64,000 nucleotides of DNA from a virus (Duplodnaviria > Heunggongvirae > Uroviricota > Caudoviricetes). The notes under the pieces were generated by a model. That model searched no databases. It saw only the letters and a list, made by a program, of their open reading frames with translations, and had not been told where the DNA came from. Shown piece by piece: positions 21,835 through 32,999 of this stretch (the first letter of the stretch is position 1; each line of letters opens with the position of its first letter). Made by a program: the position numbers and the translations under genes. The stretch lies in the IMG/VR virus record IMGVR_UViG_2654587772_000002; one strand, 5' to 3'.

Positions 21835-22098
21835 GTGATATTCGTTATGTTCATTGAGACTAACGCTATGACTATCCTGGTATCTATTCCCATCTATATA
21901 CTAATTGGTGGACTGATATACGCATTAAGTCGATATATTTTGCGAGCTAATGCAGAAATGGCCTGGTGGGATCGTTTTTGGATAATGATTTTTTTTGGCA
22001 TATTCTGGCCATTAGGGCTCATGTTTGTTGCAACATTTCTTCTGATGTGGATATTCACCCTTCCAGGTGATTTCTATAGAAAAAAAACCAGACATTGA
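21835..22098 (+). CDS. small integral membrane protein
   Basis: 87 aa with two to three hydrophobic helices. Confidence 0.4.
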   Translation: MIFVMFIETNAMTILVSIPIYILIGGLIYALSRYILRANAEMAWWDRFWIMIFFGIFWPLGLMFVATFLLMWIFTLPGDFYRKKTRH

Positions 22099-22280
22099 TA
22101 CACCCGCTGCGGTGTGCTTGGGGCTATCAGCTTCAGGTATTACCCGAAAAGCAGATAGAAGAAAGCCCCAGTAAACATTATGCGTCCCGCACAACGCTTA
22201 ACATTAACCGGGGCCATACCTATGCTTAGCGTACTTAGATTAATCCTCTCCTCTGTCAAGGAGCAAGGAATTTTTTACTG

Positions 22281-22878
22281 CTATGCCGCCTTTCCAGTTA
22301 TGGATTCTGCGACAAGAACAACCCCATGCTTACTTCGATCCGGATGTTCACTCCATATCTCGGATTCAGGAATACTTTCCCCGTCATAGCAAACACGTTC
22401 GCCATCAAATGGGTAATACTGAGCAGTATCGGTGTCCAGGATAAAAACTTTTAGTTCGGAAGAACGACGAGCGATGTGCTGCCAAAGAGCTTTTCCACCT
22501 TCGTATTGCTCATTATCACTGAGCAAAACAACACCAGCTTTTGAGGCTACGGTTTCGTAAACAAAAGTGGCTAAACCGACATCCCGGACGATTCCATCAA
22601 CCACGATACCTTCAATCTGGGCAACATCGCTATCCTCCCAGAACTTCCTTACCAGTACGCCTTCAAGCTGCGGGCGACGTTGAAGTTCAAGAGTAGCGAC
22701 AACCTTATGCCGCATATCACCATCGATAACAGAAGGCGCAGCCTCTATTACAGCTGCAAATGGGGTTTTGGAATCCCATATAACCTGGTAAAGCACACCC
22801 TGGATGGTAACGCCGTCCAGGATCGAAAATCGACGAGCGACAGTACCCGGGGAGTACGACATTGGAATCACAGCCATT
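22281..22878 (-). CDS. hypothetical protein
   Basis: about 199 aa from the internal ATG (MAVIPMSY...); no confident domain. Confidence 0.4.
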
Positions 22879-23048
22879 TTAGAGTCCCCCTTTAACAGTA
22901 CAGGCACAAACATCTACCTCAATAATTGTAGTTTATTAGAACATTAATAATCTAACATAAAACTCCAGACAATGTTATCGATGCATTTTTATATAAAAAG
23001 GTTATAAAAAAAGCTCCCGAAGGAGCTTTAAAATACAAGGGATGACTC

Positions 23049-23558
23049 TTAATCCCACTCAATCCAGTTGTAGACGATACGAAGTGACGGGCGCACAGCG
23101 GCAGTCACATCTTCGGTACTAAAGTCGATTGCATCACTGTAGATTTTGCAGTCCAACATTTCAATTGTTGTAGCAGCTTTTGTCACAGCGTTAACCCCGG
23201 AAGATTTGGATTCAGGGGTAGCAGCCATCGTGATATCAACATAGTCCTTCGCCGCAATGCGATCCTTAATGAACTGAAGAATATCGCCTTCGATAGTCTC
23301 CACGCACTGGACCTGGATTTCCCCAGAGTTTCGAATTGGTCCGTGCTGGTTGAACTTCACACCATTCGGACCATAGTCCTCCACATCCTCGCGAGTCATT
23401 TCAGGGATTTGCGACGTACGAACCAGTACACTGATATCTTCATAGCCTGCAAAAGTGAGCTGGAATTCAGAAGATACCAGTCGTTCGCCTTTGGCCGCGT
23501 TGGCAGTATAGCGGCCCTTAATAAATTTACGGTTTCCCTTAGTGTTATTGTGCCCCAT
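23049..23558 (-). CDS. putative tail tube protein
   Basis: 169 aa; overall pattern and C-terminal YNWIEWD reminiscent of myovirus tube proteins. Confidence 0.4.
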   Translation of the reverse strand: MGHNNTKGNRKFIKGRYTANAAKGERLVSSEFQLTFAGYEDISVLVRTSQIPEMTREDVEDYGPNGVKFNQHGPIRNSGEIQVQCVETIEGDILQFIKDRIAAKDYVDITMAATPESKSSGVNAVTKAATTIEMLDCKIYSDAIDFSTEDVTAAVRPSLRIVYNWIEWD

Positions 23559-23569
23559 ATAAAATCCTT

Positions 23570-24151
23570 TTACTGGAACGCCCGAACAATATCGGAGCTG
23601 TTATATATCGAAGAACCGGTCAACTGGAGGTTGACGGTGTTTTTCAGGAAATATCCATTACTGTCCCTTGGCGCATCGAGATCAAAACTTAAGTCCTGGA
23701 TAGCGACATCGGTGATGTTGATCCGGCGACCAATGTTTAGCGTCACACGCTCCGGGATTCGACCACCAACATTGGCCGCTTTTAGTTCCGGGCTAATCAT
23801 GGCTGTCAACGCGGCGATAGCGCCTGAAACTTCAATGAATGGATTGTTCAAAGCAATGAAAGTTACGGGCAGCGTGAACGTCGGCGGTGTCCCCCCTTCC
23901 CAAACCATTAAGCTATTCCAACGGGCAACCGACGTTGTTTCAGTACCTACTTGCACAAAACCACCCAGAGCACCAGAAACAGCCCCCATGGACATACCGG
24001 TAAACGGCGCTTCCCAATTCTGGGCCATGTTCATTGCTGCCCCCTGGCTGATATATCCGGTAACCTGGTACTGAGAGTTCGTTAAAGTAACTTTCAGATA
24101 TGGCGATACACCGTCAGCCTGGCTGTAAACCCCATAAGCTATAGGAGCCAT
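23570..24151 (-). CDS. putative virion structural protein
   Basis: 193-aa ORF in the structural gene block. Confidence 0.35.
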   Translation of the reverse strand: MAPIAYGVYSQADGVSPYLKVTLTNSQYQVTGYISQGAAMNMAQNWEAPFTGMSMGAVSGALGGFVQVGTETTSVARWNSLMVWEGGTPPTFTLPVTFIALNNPFIEVSGAIAALTAMISPELKAANVGGRIPERVTLNIGRRINITDVAIQDLSFDLDAPRDSNGYFLKNTVNLQLTGSSIYNSSDIVRAFQ

Positions 24152-24186
24152 TCAAGTTAAAGGCCGGAGTTCTCCGGCCTCCTCCT

Positions 24187-25002
24187 TTAGCCAAGGCGCT
24201 TACGGCGCAGTTTCATTGACTTTTTGCGGGCAAGTTTTGCCGCGCCGGTCTGGGCTTTTCGACGCGCTTTTTTCAGCGCCGATTTTTGAGCCGCAGTCAG
24301 ACGTTTTTTACGCAGGCGCTTACGGATGAGTTTGATCTCACCGTTACGAACAACCTTCTTAAATGCTTCAGTCAGCATTTCATCAGAAGTGCCAGCAACA
24401 ACAAACGCCGCTTCCAGTTCGTCGCGGTCGTCGCTATCTAAACCAGCGATAGAGGCACCAACATCAGCAGCTGCGTCGTCGTCTTCATCGTCAGCCAGTG
24501 CTTCGATCAGATCATCATCTACACCGCATGCTGCGAGGAAGTCAGCAACATTTGCCCATGCTTCGTTATAGGCATCGTCCTGTTCTTCTGTAACTTCGGA
24601 GTCGTCGTCATCAGAGATACCAGCGATAGCCTGAACGAAACCATCAAGGGAGTCGAAAGTCAGATCACCGCTATCAGCCCAGGCGAAAACGGCGTCGGCC
24701 GCATCACTCAACGCATTCTGCATAGCACTTCGATTTGCAGCTTCCAGAATCATCTGGTGCGCCTGTTCGACGGTCCATTCTTTACCGTCTTTCCCTTCCA
24801 GGATTTGCTCAGGAGCCGGGGCAGATGGAACGTTATCGTTAGTCTGTGCCGCCGGTTCCGGATTATTATTAATAACCGGATCTGTTGGCGGTTCGGCGCT
24901 TGCTCGGGCAGACTCCATCAGCTGCACAGGATCAGAGTTCAAAGCGAAACGGGACAGTCCATTCCCCAAAAATGCCCCGGATTGAAAAAAGTTTTTGCTC
25001 AT
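24187..25002 (-). CDS. acidic protein with basic C-terminal tail
   Basis: 271 aa; Asp/Glu-rich core, K/R-rich C-terminus. Confidence 0.4.
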   Translation of the reverse strand: MSKNFFQSGAFLGNGLSRFALNSDPVQLMESARASAEPPTDPVINNNPEPAAQTNDNVPSAPAPEQILEGKDGKEWTVEQAHQMILEAANRSAMQNALSDAADAVFAWADSGDLTFDSLDGFVQAIAGISDDDDSEVTEEQDDAYNEAWANVADFLAACGVDDDLIEALADDEDDDAAADVGASIAGLDSDDRDELEAAFVVAGTSDEMLTEAFKKVVRNGEIKLIRKRLRKKRLTAAQKSALKKARRKAQTGAAKLARKKSMKLRRKRLG

Positions 25003-25011
25003 TGTATTCCC

Positions 25012-26601
25012 TTACTTAATAAGCAGCGGTACGCCCTGGATACGACGGGCTACGCCAGTCGGGCAGCAGGCCCAGACTACTTCCCATTTATCGAATTCCG
25101 CCTGCGTAACTTTCAGCACATACGGTTCTGTACCGTCAGCATCAGGATCACGAGGAGCCACCAGAGCGCCGGAGGCGACAAAGCGATCTAAAAGTTTGGT
25201 CATCCCTTTAGTCAGGCCAGCCGCAGTAATACCGTCCGGGCTATGCTTCATCTGGCGGGCTAACTGGACAAAGAAACGGCTGATTGCATTCATCAGGGAT
25301 GGGACGTGCTGGAAGTGCAGATAGTTATCCTGCGTGCAGCAAGTTAAAGCATCGTCGATGATCATCTGGCCAGAGGTGCCAACAGATACTTTATTGAGAC
25401 GGCCCTTGACCATTGCTTCTTCGTCCGGGGTATCTTCCGGATACAGCGGTTGAATTGACGCACGAGCAATGACGGCACGTTCTTCACCAGCCGGTGAGTA
25501 ATGCCAACCGCCGACATCAGAGTTTTTCTTGACGCCACGAGCTTTCGCCGCATACGCCACGCCAGACAGACCAAAGACCACACGGGATTGGGTCCATTTG
25601 TCTTTGCAGGAGAACGGGTAGTGATAGACAGAACAGCTTACATAATCGGTACCAAGTAAACCGGTATCCTCAACAGCTGGTAGTGCTTCTGCGTACGTTA
25701 ATGTCGGTTTGACATCAAAGAAGCCATCAATCAGGCGATCAGAACAGATATTACCTAACGCGGTGATCGCCGCATTGTCATAGCAACCCAGGCCGAGAAC
25801 AGCGGTGTACATGTACGGCGCATTGTTCAGCACCTTAACCGCACGCAGGTAGGCTTCGGTGGAGATTTTCGACTGATCGCCGTTGGTACCGCCAGTGAAC
25901 GCCAGTGATTTTTTATTTGTTACTTTCGCGGTCGAAATCAGCTCTTCATTTACAACCGCGCGCAGATATTTAGAACGGGCTTCCAGAGCCGTAGGCAGAT
26001 AACACAAGCGGCCCATGTCATCTTTCGCTTCTTCCGCCAAAGACACAGTGTGTGTCTCCAGGGTCGTTACCACACCGAGCGAAGTCGTCTGGGTCAGTTT
26101 TAAGAGGAAGCGTTCATTACCTGCGCTGTCCGCTGTTGCCGTTTCGATGGTTAACTCACGGGTAGGTGAAATACACGGATCACCATCATCAACGTAGATA
26201 GCAAAGGCTTCGCCGCTATCAAGTTCAATTTCAGAACCGTATGGCAACGCACTGTAAGCTGGTTCGCCTGATTCATCGAACATAATAATCGGGAACTTCG
26301 CATCATCCGGAACAGCACGAACAACATAACCAGACGTTTGCTGAATAGCTTCGTACACATGACGAATTGGTTCGAACTGTGAGCCGGAAGACGGCTTCAG
26401 CGGTTCGCCGAGAACATCTTCGTAATTGGACTCAGTAACCGCCAGAACAGTAAACGGCTTGCCACGCGCAAATACGCCAATACCAGCCCACAAGCTGCTA
26501 TTTAATGCAACACCGGTAGATAACGTCGCATCGGCATTGATCGGGCTAACCGCGACGCCGGATGCATTACCTAATGACTGTTGAATTGAATATTGAGACA
26601 T
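25012..26601 (-). CDS. putative tail sheath protein
   Basis: 529 aa; size and position upstream of the tube-like gene. Confidence 0.35.
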   Translation of the reverse strand: MSQYSIQQSLGNASGVAVSPINADATLSTGVALNSSLWAGIGVFARGKPFTVLAVTESNYEDVLGEPLKPSSGSQFEPIRHVYEAIQQTSGYVVRAVPDDAKFPIIMFDESGEPAYSALPYGSEIELDSGEAFAIYVDDGDPCISPTRELTIETATADSAGNERFLLKLTQTTSLGVVTTLETHTVSLAEEAKDDMGRLCYLPTALEARSKYLRAVVNEELISTAKVTNKKSLAFTGGTNGDQSKISTEAYLRAVKVLNNAPYMYTAVLGLGCYDNAAITALGNICSDRLIDGFFDVKPTLTYAEALPAVEDTGLLGTDYVSCSVYHYPFSCKDKWTQSRVVFGLSGVAYAAKARGVKKNSDVGGWHYSPAGEERAVIARASIQPLYPEDTPDEEAMVKGRLNKVSVGTSGQMIIDDALTCCTQDNYLHFQHVPSLMNAISRFFVQLARQMKHSPDGITAAGLTKGMTKLLDRFVASGALVAPRDPDADGTEPYVLKVTQAEFDKWEVVWACCPTGVARRIQGVPLLIK

Positions 26602-26661
26602 AACTTTCCCTGTTATGCGCCCCGCACGGGGGCGCTATGTTAAACGGAGAACTTCCCCTGA

Positions 26662-28389
26662 TTACTCAGAGTCACCGGCATCAATCGTGTCGCCGCTTAT
26701 GAAGTTAAGCCCGCCTTTTTTGGCCATTGTCAGCGTTACACGAGTGAAGTAATCAGCGCCGTTGCGTGGGTGCATATCGTTGATAGCCGAACCCCACAGC
26801 GTGGTACGGTTGACCAGCGCCGGAGTGGTCGGATGCTGGAACGGGATAGCCGGGACTGCATCACCAGTTACGAAGCCCGCTTTGCCCGGATTTTCATCAC
26901 GGACGTAGCACAGCACATCCATTGGGCTGAACTGGATACCATCGGCGGTCAGGTTCGTACAAATACCTTCTGGTACTTCGAACACTTTGACGTTGCCGAA
27001 CAGAGTGCCAATGTAGTGGACGTATGGGGTCTGGATGTAATCTTCTGCTGGCTGGAAGAAATCCTTCGGCAATTGTTTGAAGAAAGATGCCGCATCAGCA
27101 CCGGCATACATCCCCATCGCACCAGAAGATTTAACACGCTCAATAATACCGCGATATACCGTCTGGAATTTGCCTCGAACGATAGTTGCCCATACATCAA
27201 AGGACTGGTTAGCTGGCAGAGCAATATCAAAGGTGTCGGTCGCAAGAGTGCGCCAGATCATGATGCGAAGACGCAGCATATCCTGTTCATGAGACAGGTA
27301 TTCCTTCAGGGTGCGGAACTGTAGGGAACCCAGGTCCAGACCAAATTCACGCTGTGCTTCATACGCCGCCTGTACCGTGTGCTCAGCCGCGATAACGAAC
27401 TGACTTGGGAACAGGGTGTATTTCTTCATTTCGTGGTTGATCAGCGGGATCAGCTCAGGAGCGGCTTCAATATTGATTTCCGTCTCAATCGCGATCTCAG
27501 TGCCTTTATCCGGCGCTTTGGAGAACGACAGGGCAATCTGACCAATGTTGTAGTTCAGAGAGCAGGTAACAGTGATTTGCTCACCAGCAGCATTAGTAAA
27601 CGAGTGAAGTAGGCTGCCGGAACCGTTATCAACAACAGACTTAATACGGTTAACGTAGATGTTAGTGCGACCTTTTCGGATTGGTACATTCTGGCCTTCG
27701 AAGTCTTCCATCTTGAAGGTTGCGGTTTTGCTGGTGCCATCGGAGCTTGCCACCAGCACATAGCGGCGGCGTAACTGGCTGTACACACCGACGGATTGCA
27801 TGTCCAGAACATCACCAGCAGCATAAGAACCAAAAGAGGAACCTGCCACGTTAAAGACTTCATAGATGTCGGACTGGTCACGCGTAACCGGAATGAAGGT
27901 ACACGCATCAGCGGTAGCTGCCCCCAACTGAACAGGCAGGATCATCGCGAGGAATAAAGGCAGACGCATAACACCGTCAGAAACGCTCATCATCTCTGCT
28001 GCGACGGATTCCAGCATCGCTTTATTAGTGGCATCCATGCTGTTGCGGGTGGACTCAATCAGGCAGTTTTCCAGCGTCTGGTGGCAGGAGGCCAGAATTT
28101 CCGGACGCGGCATAGATTTATGTGCTGCGGCGTAGTCAGCCAGTGCACTTGCCCACGCTGTAGCGATTTGAGCGGTGGCATTATCAGAGATACCCGCAAA
28201 AACCGGGTCTTTACGTGCAGCTTCAAGGATAGATGCGGCACGCGCGGCATCATCTTTAATGAATTGGTTATCAGTACCGAACTGCGCAGTGCTTGCCCAG
28301 CCAAGCACAGCTTTAGAGCGTTTTGCGATATCTGCAATACGATTCTGGTATTCGCGTAAGTTACTCAATTTACTCTTCCTTAAACACAA
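26662..28389 (-). CDS. putative major virion structural protein (capsid-like)
   Basis: 575-aa ORF adjacent to the sheath-like gene and parB. Confidence 0.3.
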   Translation of the reverse strand: MCLRKSKLSNLREYQNRIADIAKRSKAVLGWASTAQFGTDNQFIKDDAARAASILEAARKDPVFAGISDNATAQIATAWASALADYAAAHKSMPRPEILASCHQTLENCLIESTRNSMDATNKAMLESVAAEMMSVSDGVMRLPLFLAMILPVQLGAATADACTFIPVTRDQSDIYEVFNVAGSSFGSYAAGDVLDMQSVGVYSQLRRRYVLVASSDGTSKTATFKMEDFEGQNVPIRKGRTNIYVNRIKSVVDNGSGSLLHSFTNAAGEQITVTCSLNYNIGQIALSFSKAPDKGTEIAIETEINIEAAPELIPLINHEMKKYTLFPSQFVIAAEHTVQAAYEAQREFGLDLGSLQFRTLKEYLSHEQDMLRLRIMIWRTLATDTFDIALPANQSFDVWATIVRGKFQTVYRGIIERVKSSGAMGMYAGADAASFFKQLPKDFFQPAEDYIQTPYVHYIGTLFGNVKVFEVPEGICTNLTADGIQFSPMDVLCYVRDENPGKAGFVTGDAVPAIPFQHPTTPALVNRTTLWGSAINDMHPRNGADYFTRVTLTMAKKGGLNFISGDTIDAGDSE

Positions 28390-28506
28390 GGCACTTGTGT
28401 GAATCCCTTTTCGGAAGAGATTTTATTGAAAGTCACTTGTTGACTTTCTCGTGACAAGCAATTTTTTTATTTTTTTCGGGAGTAGGGGCGGAAGGTAAAA
28501 TCCAAG

Positions 28507-28590
28507 GTGAAATCGTGGCGATTTCACCTTGAAATTTTAGATGGATTTACTTTAAAAACAGTAGGTTAATAGTGAAATTTGAATGGCGAA
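28507..28590. other. parS: P1-type parS centromere
   Basis: heptamer GTGAAAT/ATTTCAC and hexamer TGGCGA boxes flanking an AT-rich spacer; reverse complement is nearly identical to the P1 parS sequence as recalled. Confidence 0.75.
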
Positions 28591-28593
28591 AGT

Positions 28594-29595
28594 TTAAGGC
28601 TTCGGCTTTTTATCGAGGCTCTTTCTAAGGATATGCCCAATCATCCTGTCGAGTTCTTCCTGTAGCTCTTTTGAAAGTCGATTAAACTCATAAGAAAATG
28701 CCCGGCCTTTCACGCGCTTCCTTGCAAAGCGATCCTTGTCCTCAAATTTCCATAATTCAGTAACTACGGACTTATCTTTAGAACCTTTATCCGTGAGTAG
28801 TGAGGCTTCCTTTGTTATCAAGCGCAGGATTTTATTTTTAACTTCATCTTCGGCCATTTCTTCAATGGATAAGATGTCGTTTATTTCCGGGGATATGTTT
28901 TGAATAAGCTGATCAAACTCTAAATTCTTGTTCCCCATTTCGTCGCCAACAGCACAAAGCGTTTTGTAGTCCGAAAAGGTTAATTCCGACTGCACAGGGA
29001 AAAGGGCGACTAATTCTTCCGGAGCACTCGCTGCCTGGAGAGCACGCGTGACCTTCGCCTGAGACAGCCCTTCTTTGGCTGCAATATCCTTCTGACTCAT
29101 CCCATCATTTTTCATTCGCATCAAACGCAGACCTATTTCTCGAATGCTGTGCTGCAATGCTGTCTGAACGTCTTTCGCTAAATTTTGCGCTTCCTGAACG
29201 CTGATCTCCTGGTCCGTGACTAAAACCCGCAACCCTACGTTCTCTAAGATGGCAGAAGCTCGACGCCGGGAACCATCCAAAATTTCAATTTTCCCTGTAG
29301 CCCGTCTAACACCTATTGCAGGGTAAAATTGCTGATGCTTAATAGTGCTTCGGATACTTTTTAATGATTTTGGCGTAAGAGATGCCTGGTCACGCCCGTT
29401 GTTATGCTGATCAACAAAGGTATCGCTTTCTACCTGGTTCGGAGGTATTACCTCTTCAATAAATGTGGCCTGGCGACCAGTTGATAACTTGAATACCTGC
29501 TCGACTCGATCGCCAGAGGCTGAAGAACTATCAAATCCGCTTAATATTGAAGGATTAAGGGTTCGCCCAATTGTTGGTCTGTTTTTCTTTGACAT
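28594..29595 (-). CDS. parB: partition protein ParB
   Basis: 333 aa; ParB-type HTH; directly adjacent to parS and parA. Confidence 0.85.
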   Translation of the reverse strand: MSKKNRPTIGRTLNPSILSGFDSSSASGDRVEQVFKLSTGRQATFIEEVIPPNQVESDTFVDQHNNGRDQASLTPKSLKSIRSTIKHQQFYPAIGVRRATGKIEILDGSRRRASAILENVGLRVLVTDQEISVQEAQNLAKDVQTALQHSIREIGLRLMRMKNDGMSQKDIAAKEGLSQAKVTRALQAASAPEELVALFPVQSELTFSDYKTLCAVGDEMGNKNLEFDQLIQNISPEINDILSIEEMAEDEVKNKILRLITKEASLLTDKGSKDKSVVTELWKFEDKDRFARKRVKGRAFSYEFNRLSKELQEELDRMIGHILRKSLDKKPKP

Positions 29596-29611
29596 GGGGG
29601 TTTCTTACTCC

Positions 29612-30808
29612 TCAGTTAGATCTGATAAATTCAATACGGTCAAAAACTGCTTTAGCAAAATCTTCCGCGGCAATTCGCGCGTTCTTCAATGCATCAGCAC
29701 TACCAACATACGTTGCCGGGTTAGCTGAAATAACAGTGTCAAAAGACTCGCCGCAACGTTCAAAACCGTCAAGGCGAGGGAGGACGACATCGAGCATATC
29801 TCCACCGAACACTTCTTTAGCCAGGCTATGGCAATACTTATGATCTGCCTTGTTACTCAACTTGGACATAAAACCAATGTTAGTCGCAAGCTGGCACTCG
29901 CAGCCTTCATCCGAAATGAGTTTTACCAACTCAGGAAGGCGGGCAACGTATTTAAGCGATGAGTGGAAATCGACAGTTGCTGGCGGCAGAGGTGTAAACA
30001 GTATATTGGCCGAGGCCAAAGCATTTTTCAGGAAGGCGTCAAGGTGAGGACCACTATCAACGAGGATAAAGTCATAATCGCTCTTCAGCTTATCAATCAC
30101 ATTTTCTTTCAGGACAGCATGGATGTTCTGACCCGGTAGATGCTCATTGCACAGCTCTCTCCAATCGGATGCAATAAAGGCATCGTCAATCGACGCAGGC
30201 ATAACGTCAACCCCAGGTACAACAGAAGGAACAATAAACTCCTCTAACAGCTCTTCACGGCTTACATTCTGCAACATAGCCTGTGCAGATGTTGCGTTTA
30301 CGATACCAATAGAGTGTTTATGGCTTAAAAACATCGTTGCTGAAGATTGCGGATCAAGGTCAATAACCAGAATTCTTAAATCTTCCATCAGAAGATGAGG
30401 GTGGGCACGCATTGCATGCGCCAGAGAAACCGTCGATACAGTTTTTGACACACCGCCTTTAAGATTGGAGATGAAAATCACATACGCTTCGCTGTAGCGA
30501 TCCCGGTATTTTGGCACTCCGCGATGTTCATATATGTCAATGATGTTCTGAATTGACATCGCATATTTCATTGAAGAGCCAGCAGGGCGTTTATCGAAAA
30601 CATAACCCTTTTCTTCCATTTCACTTACGGCATAGTCAACGTTCGCTCGAGTCAGTAGAGGCAATTTTGCCAGTGCCGCTTTCGCATAGACCTGGTAAAA
30701 CTCGTTCGCGTGTAGCTCATCCTTTTGCAACTGTACTTGTTCAGTCAGAACATTGAGCATTCTGTTTGCTCTTTGAGCAACCTTGTGAAGCTGGCTGGAA
30801 TCACTCAT
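29612..30808 (-). CDS. parA: partition ATPase ParA (type Ia)
   Basis: 398 aa; deviant Walker A KGGVSKT; N-terminal extension. Confidence 0.85.
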   Translation of the reverse strand: MSDSSQLHKVAQRANRMLNVLTEQVQLQKDELHANEFYQVYAKAALAKLPLLTRANVDYAVSEMEEKGYVFDKRPAGSSMKYAMSIQNIIDIYEHRGVPKYRDRYSEAYVIFISNLKGGVSKTVSTVSLAHAMRAHPHLLMEDLRILVIDLDPQSSATMFLSHKHSIGIVNATSAQAMLQNVSREELLEEFIVPSVVPGVDVMPASIDDAFIASDWRELCNEHLPGQNIHAVLKENVIDKLKSDYDFILVDSGPHLDAFLKNALASANILFTPLPPATVDFHSSLKYVARLPELVKLISDEGCECQLATNIGFMSKLSNKADHKYCHSLAKEVFGGDMLDVVLPRLDGFERCGESFDTVISANPATYVGSADALKNARIAAEDFAKAVFDRIEFIRSN

Positions 30809-30976
30809 CGAAAGTCATCCTTTATGCTGTATTTTTGAATTTAATTAAAAATGCTGCATAAAATAATAATGTATGCGTAGATGCTTGTACATAGCATTCT
30901 CTGCATGTTTGGTTCATTTTGCACGATTGAGAGTTACAAGGAGGGAACAAAAAAGCCCCGTTCAGGGGCATCAGTG

Positions 30977-31786
30977 TTATTTGCTAAGAGCAGCGAATAA
31001 TCGTTCGAAATCGATAGTATCTATAGCACGCGTAAGCGCCGGAAGTTCAGCCTCAAAGTACCCGTGTCGATCGTAAAAGAAGGGACCGAAGAGCGAGGCA
31101 TGTTGGATTCTACTTCGCCCCAGCCCGGACACACAGTTAAGCCCATTACCGGCTAAAAGGCTAAAAAACTTCTCTGGATTATCGTGGTAAAGCTGGGAAT
31201 CAATGGTGGCGGTTAACTCTTCCATAGGGAAGCACACCCGCCCTGTATCCCAGGGATATTTAGTCCGAAGCATAAACATTGCTTTCAGCAATTCACATTG
31301 AGCGCGGATCGCGTCCGGTTCATAGCCAGATATGGAGACATAAGCCACGTCCCTCATTCCTGCGTCATCTTTGAAAGTCACGATAGAAGTAACATCCAGC
31401 TCTTTTTCGAAAGAGCAAGCAGCATCTACTGGACGCTGAAGTAAATCATTCGACTTAATGCGCTCGAGAATCCCTCCCCACATATCATTTAGATATTCGA
31501 TATGAGCCAAAACCTTATCAAGACACTCTCGTGTAAACCATTCAGTATGCCCGCCACCGACGCTTTTCTCCCACGGCGCATTCCAGGGGAAAAAGGTTGC
31601 GTGTAAAGCCCGCTCAAGATTAACCATTGCCAAACGCGTACCACGATAGACCCGTGAAAGCGCAAAATCGGGACTCACTTGTAGCCCTTTAAACCGTGCC
31701 AATGGACCACATGAAATGCCGATTTTAAAAGTATCTCCGTTCTCTGGCACCAGAACGTAGAGGTAGTGTTGTTTCTCTTCTTGCAT
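30977..31786 (-). CDS. GIY-YIG / T5orf172-like domain protein
   Basis: N-terminal YLYVLV...FKIGIS...GHTEWF motif set; about 170-aa C-terminal region of unknown function. Confidence 0.5.
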   Translation of the reverse strand: MQEEKQHYLYVLVPENGDTFKIGISCGPLARFKGLQVSPDFALSRVYRGTRLAMVNLERALHATFFPWNAPWEKSVGGGHTEWFTRECLDKVLAHIEYLNDMWGGILERIKSNDLLQRPVDAACSFEKELDVTSIVTFKDDAGMRDVAYVSISGYEPDAIRAQCELLKAMFMLRTKYPWDTGRVCFPMEELTATIDSQLYHDNPEKFFSLLAGNGLNCVSGLGRSRIQHASLFGPFFYDRHGYFEAELPALTRAIDTIDFERLFAALSK

Positions 31787-31820
31787 ATCAATACCACTGC
31801 TTGATGAGAACCGCGCAAAT

Positions 31821-32078
31821 GTTGACTATGCGCGAAGGTTAATGTGAATAGTTGACTATGCGCGATGTGACTACAGTCAAAAGTTGACTGTAGTCGATTT
31901 AACTCCACCAAAGATCGACTATGTAAGATATTGTCGGGAGAAACGTTGACTATACGCGATGAAATGCCCCTAAAAGCCATCTCAATAGCGACTTGCAGAA
32001 TATTGACGCCAGCAAAAATCCACCAGCGTCAACGAATGTCGCCTATAGTCAACTTCTCGCTATCGCATATAGTCAATA
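31821..32078. repeat. iteron array downstream of repA (incA-like)
   Basis: repeated GTTGACTATGCGCGA-like units at about 31821, 31851, 31883, 31945 and inverted copies 32029-32078. Confidence 0.65.
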
Positions 32079-32999
32079 TTATGGATTGCGCTTATGGATC
32101 TGGAAGCCGATTTTCCTGCCGTTTTTTATCTCTGAAAATTTAAGATATTCAATAGCTTCCAAATCTTTCATGGCTTTTCTGATAACGCTATTTTGCACGC
32201 TAACGGATGATTTGAGATTAAGCCTCGCTCTAAGGCGCTCAATGCTGACAGGTGCCGGGTTGGCGGGTAGAGCCTCAAAGAATGTATACAGTACCTTGGC
32301 CGTCTCTTTGCGCCCTAGTTTATCCAGCATCTTCAGCTTCAGGATTCGCTTATAGTCAACATAGTAAAGTTCAGATAGCTGTTTCTGCGGCTGGATCTCG
32401 ATAACATCAAGCTCGGTATTCAGGCTGCTATATGCCAACAAGTTGACGTTAATGTTATTGAGATGACCTTTTGCCGCCGGGAAGCGGAATTTGACAACTG
32501 TCTGCTGAATGCGTGTCAGAGAGTCATCAATACTTTTACGGAACGCCTTTGAAAGGCGCTTACGTGGATAGCCGCATCGATCGGCAAACTCGGAGAATGG
32601 CAGGGTGATTATGCCGTCATCATCAGGTGCGTAGTCAAACAACGCGGAAGTTATGCCCACCCACACCTTAAAATCAGTATCCATATCCAGGCGTGGACCA
32701 TGAATTTCAATTCCCTCATAGCCTTCCTGCTCAACAATTTTGAGGCTTGATAGTTCTTCAGTTGCGTTCGTTGTGTTTGTTGTAACTGACGATCCGCGAC
32801 GTAGCGCCACATTGGTAGATTTTAAGGTTGGCACAAACACACCTAAGCGCAACAAAGCGATGGGTTGTATAGTGCTGTTGTTATTGGGCTTCAGGCTGTG
32901 GATTTCTCCTGTATTTCCTGCAACTTCTTCAACGCTAAGGAAGCCTTTACTTTCTTCCGGCATCACGGTTTCTCCATGTGTGGCGCGGCCTGACGTCAA
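32079..32999 (-). CDS. repA: plasmid replication initiator RepA
   Basis: 306 aa; blocks QPIALLRLGVFVP, GPRLDMDTDFKVW and C-terminal HKRNP resemble P1-type RepA; flanked by iterons. Confidence 0.8.
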   Translation of the reverse strand: MTSGRATHGETVMPEESKGFLSVEEVAGNTGEIHSLKPNNNSTIQPIALLRLGVFVPTLKSTNVALRRGSSVTTNTTNATEELSSLKIVEQEGYEGIEIHGPRLDMDTDFKVWVGITSALFDYAPDDDGIITLPFSEFADRCGYPRKRLSKAFRKSIDDSLTRIQQTVVKFRFPAAKGHLNNINVNLLAYSSLNTELDVIEIQPQKQLSELYYVDYKRILKLKMLDKLGRKETAKVLYTFFEALPANPAPVSIERLRARLNLKSSVSVQNSVIRKAMKDLEAIEYLKFSEIKNGRKIGFQIHKRNP

